In this document: piece after piece, positions 63,414 through 64,000 of the stretch
Layout: each line of letters begins with the position of its first letter
How positions within the stretch are numbered: position 1 is the first letter of the stretch
NCBI RefSeq assembly: GCF_000497125.1
Contig: NC_090602.1
Location: 806,001-870,000 of the forward strand
DNA from: Spironucleus salmonicida
Taxonomy: Eukaryota
Length of the DNA stretch: 64,000 bases
Direction of reading: 5' to 3'
Notes under the pieces: generated by a model
Databases searched by the model: none
The model's input: the letters and a program-made list of their open reading frames with translations, nothing else
What the model was told of the DNA's origin: nothing
Program-made: the position numbers and the translations under genes

Positions 63414-64000
63414 ATGCCAAAATAATTATATGTATTAAAAATAGTACTAAATCATAAAAATAATGCGAACTGAAACAAAGTAAACTAACAGATTATTTAG
63501 CAATATTGATATTCATAGATTATGCTTTGAGTAATTAAATTTTCATTAAAGTAATTTCAAGGATATATATTTAGCCACTGATTTTAATGCTACAATTTTT
63601 ATACCAACCTGCTTCAGTAGATAATGTAATTATTTTTTAAGTTTAAGAAATTCAACTACTTCAATAATTATTAGTTTATGCAATAAAATATTTAAAATTA
63701 AGTAATAAAATTTAAAAGCACAATAATATGCATCTAATAAATTAATCAAATCGATTGTTGATATTGTTTTATTGTATCAACCTAAATCAAGCTTACAACC
63801 AGAAATAATATTAAAATAAGATAAGTGGCTAGTATGTATTTTCAAATAATATCTAGTATCTTTCCTAGTTTAGTTATATTTTTTATAGGTAAGGATAATT
63901 GAGACATACATATTTTATACATAACTATTCATAATATTAATAAAAGCACTTTAAAATGTCTATTGATCATTCCAATAATAGCACTCCTTTAGAGCTGAAA

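Larger units (their letters stand above)
60357..64000. repeat. Palindrome right arm E2 (runs off the window)
   Basis: Reverse complement of 56171-59814 with a few substitutions. Confidence 0.97.

Overview
Eukaryotic, gene-dense DNA with no introns found, using the TAA/TAG=Gln code (only TGA stops), so the supplied standard-code ORF track is fragmented. The code, Giardia-like actin and ribosomal proteins, very short leaders and stops embedded in AGTGA point to a hexamitid diplomonad (Spironucleus/Hexamita-like; inference). Recognisable genes: two Myb-like proteins, coronin, uL2, a USP deubiquitinase, an amino-acid transporter, Ran, a NAK kinase, eS6, uS8, two actins, eS19, a tail-less uL10, eS27, an RRM protein, a YL1_C protein, a phytoene-desaturase-like flavoprotein, two uS11, PBDC1, six tRNA-Asp(GTC) and many small orphan ORFs. 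The window is organised by at least five inverted duplication pairs (0.28 to over 3.6 kb) whose edges cut genes, and GC-rich islands largely coincide with them. It also holds a 1.4 kb 25/50-bp satellite, a duplicated candidate H/ACA snoRNA, and a 5' motif (YCACTYY) that is the reverse complement of the 3' stop motif (RAGTGA). All coordinates and translations were done by eye.
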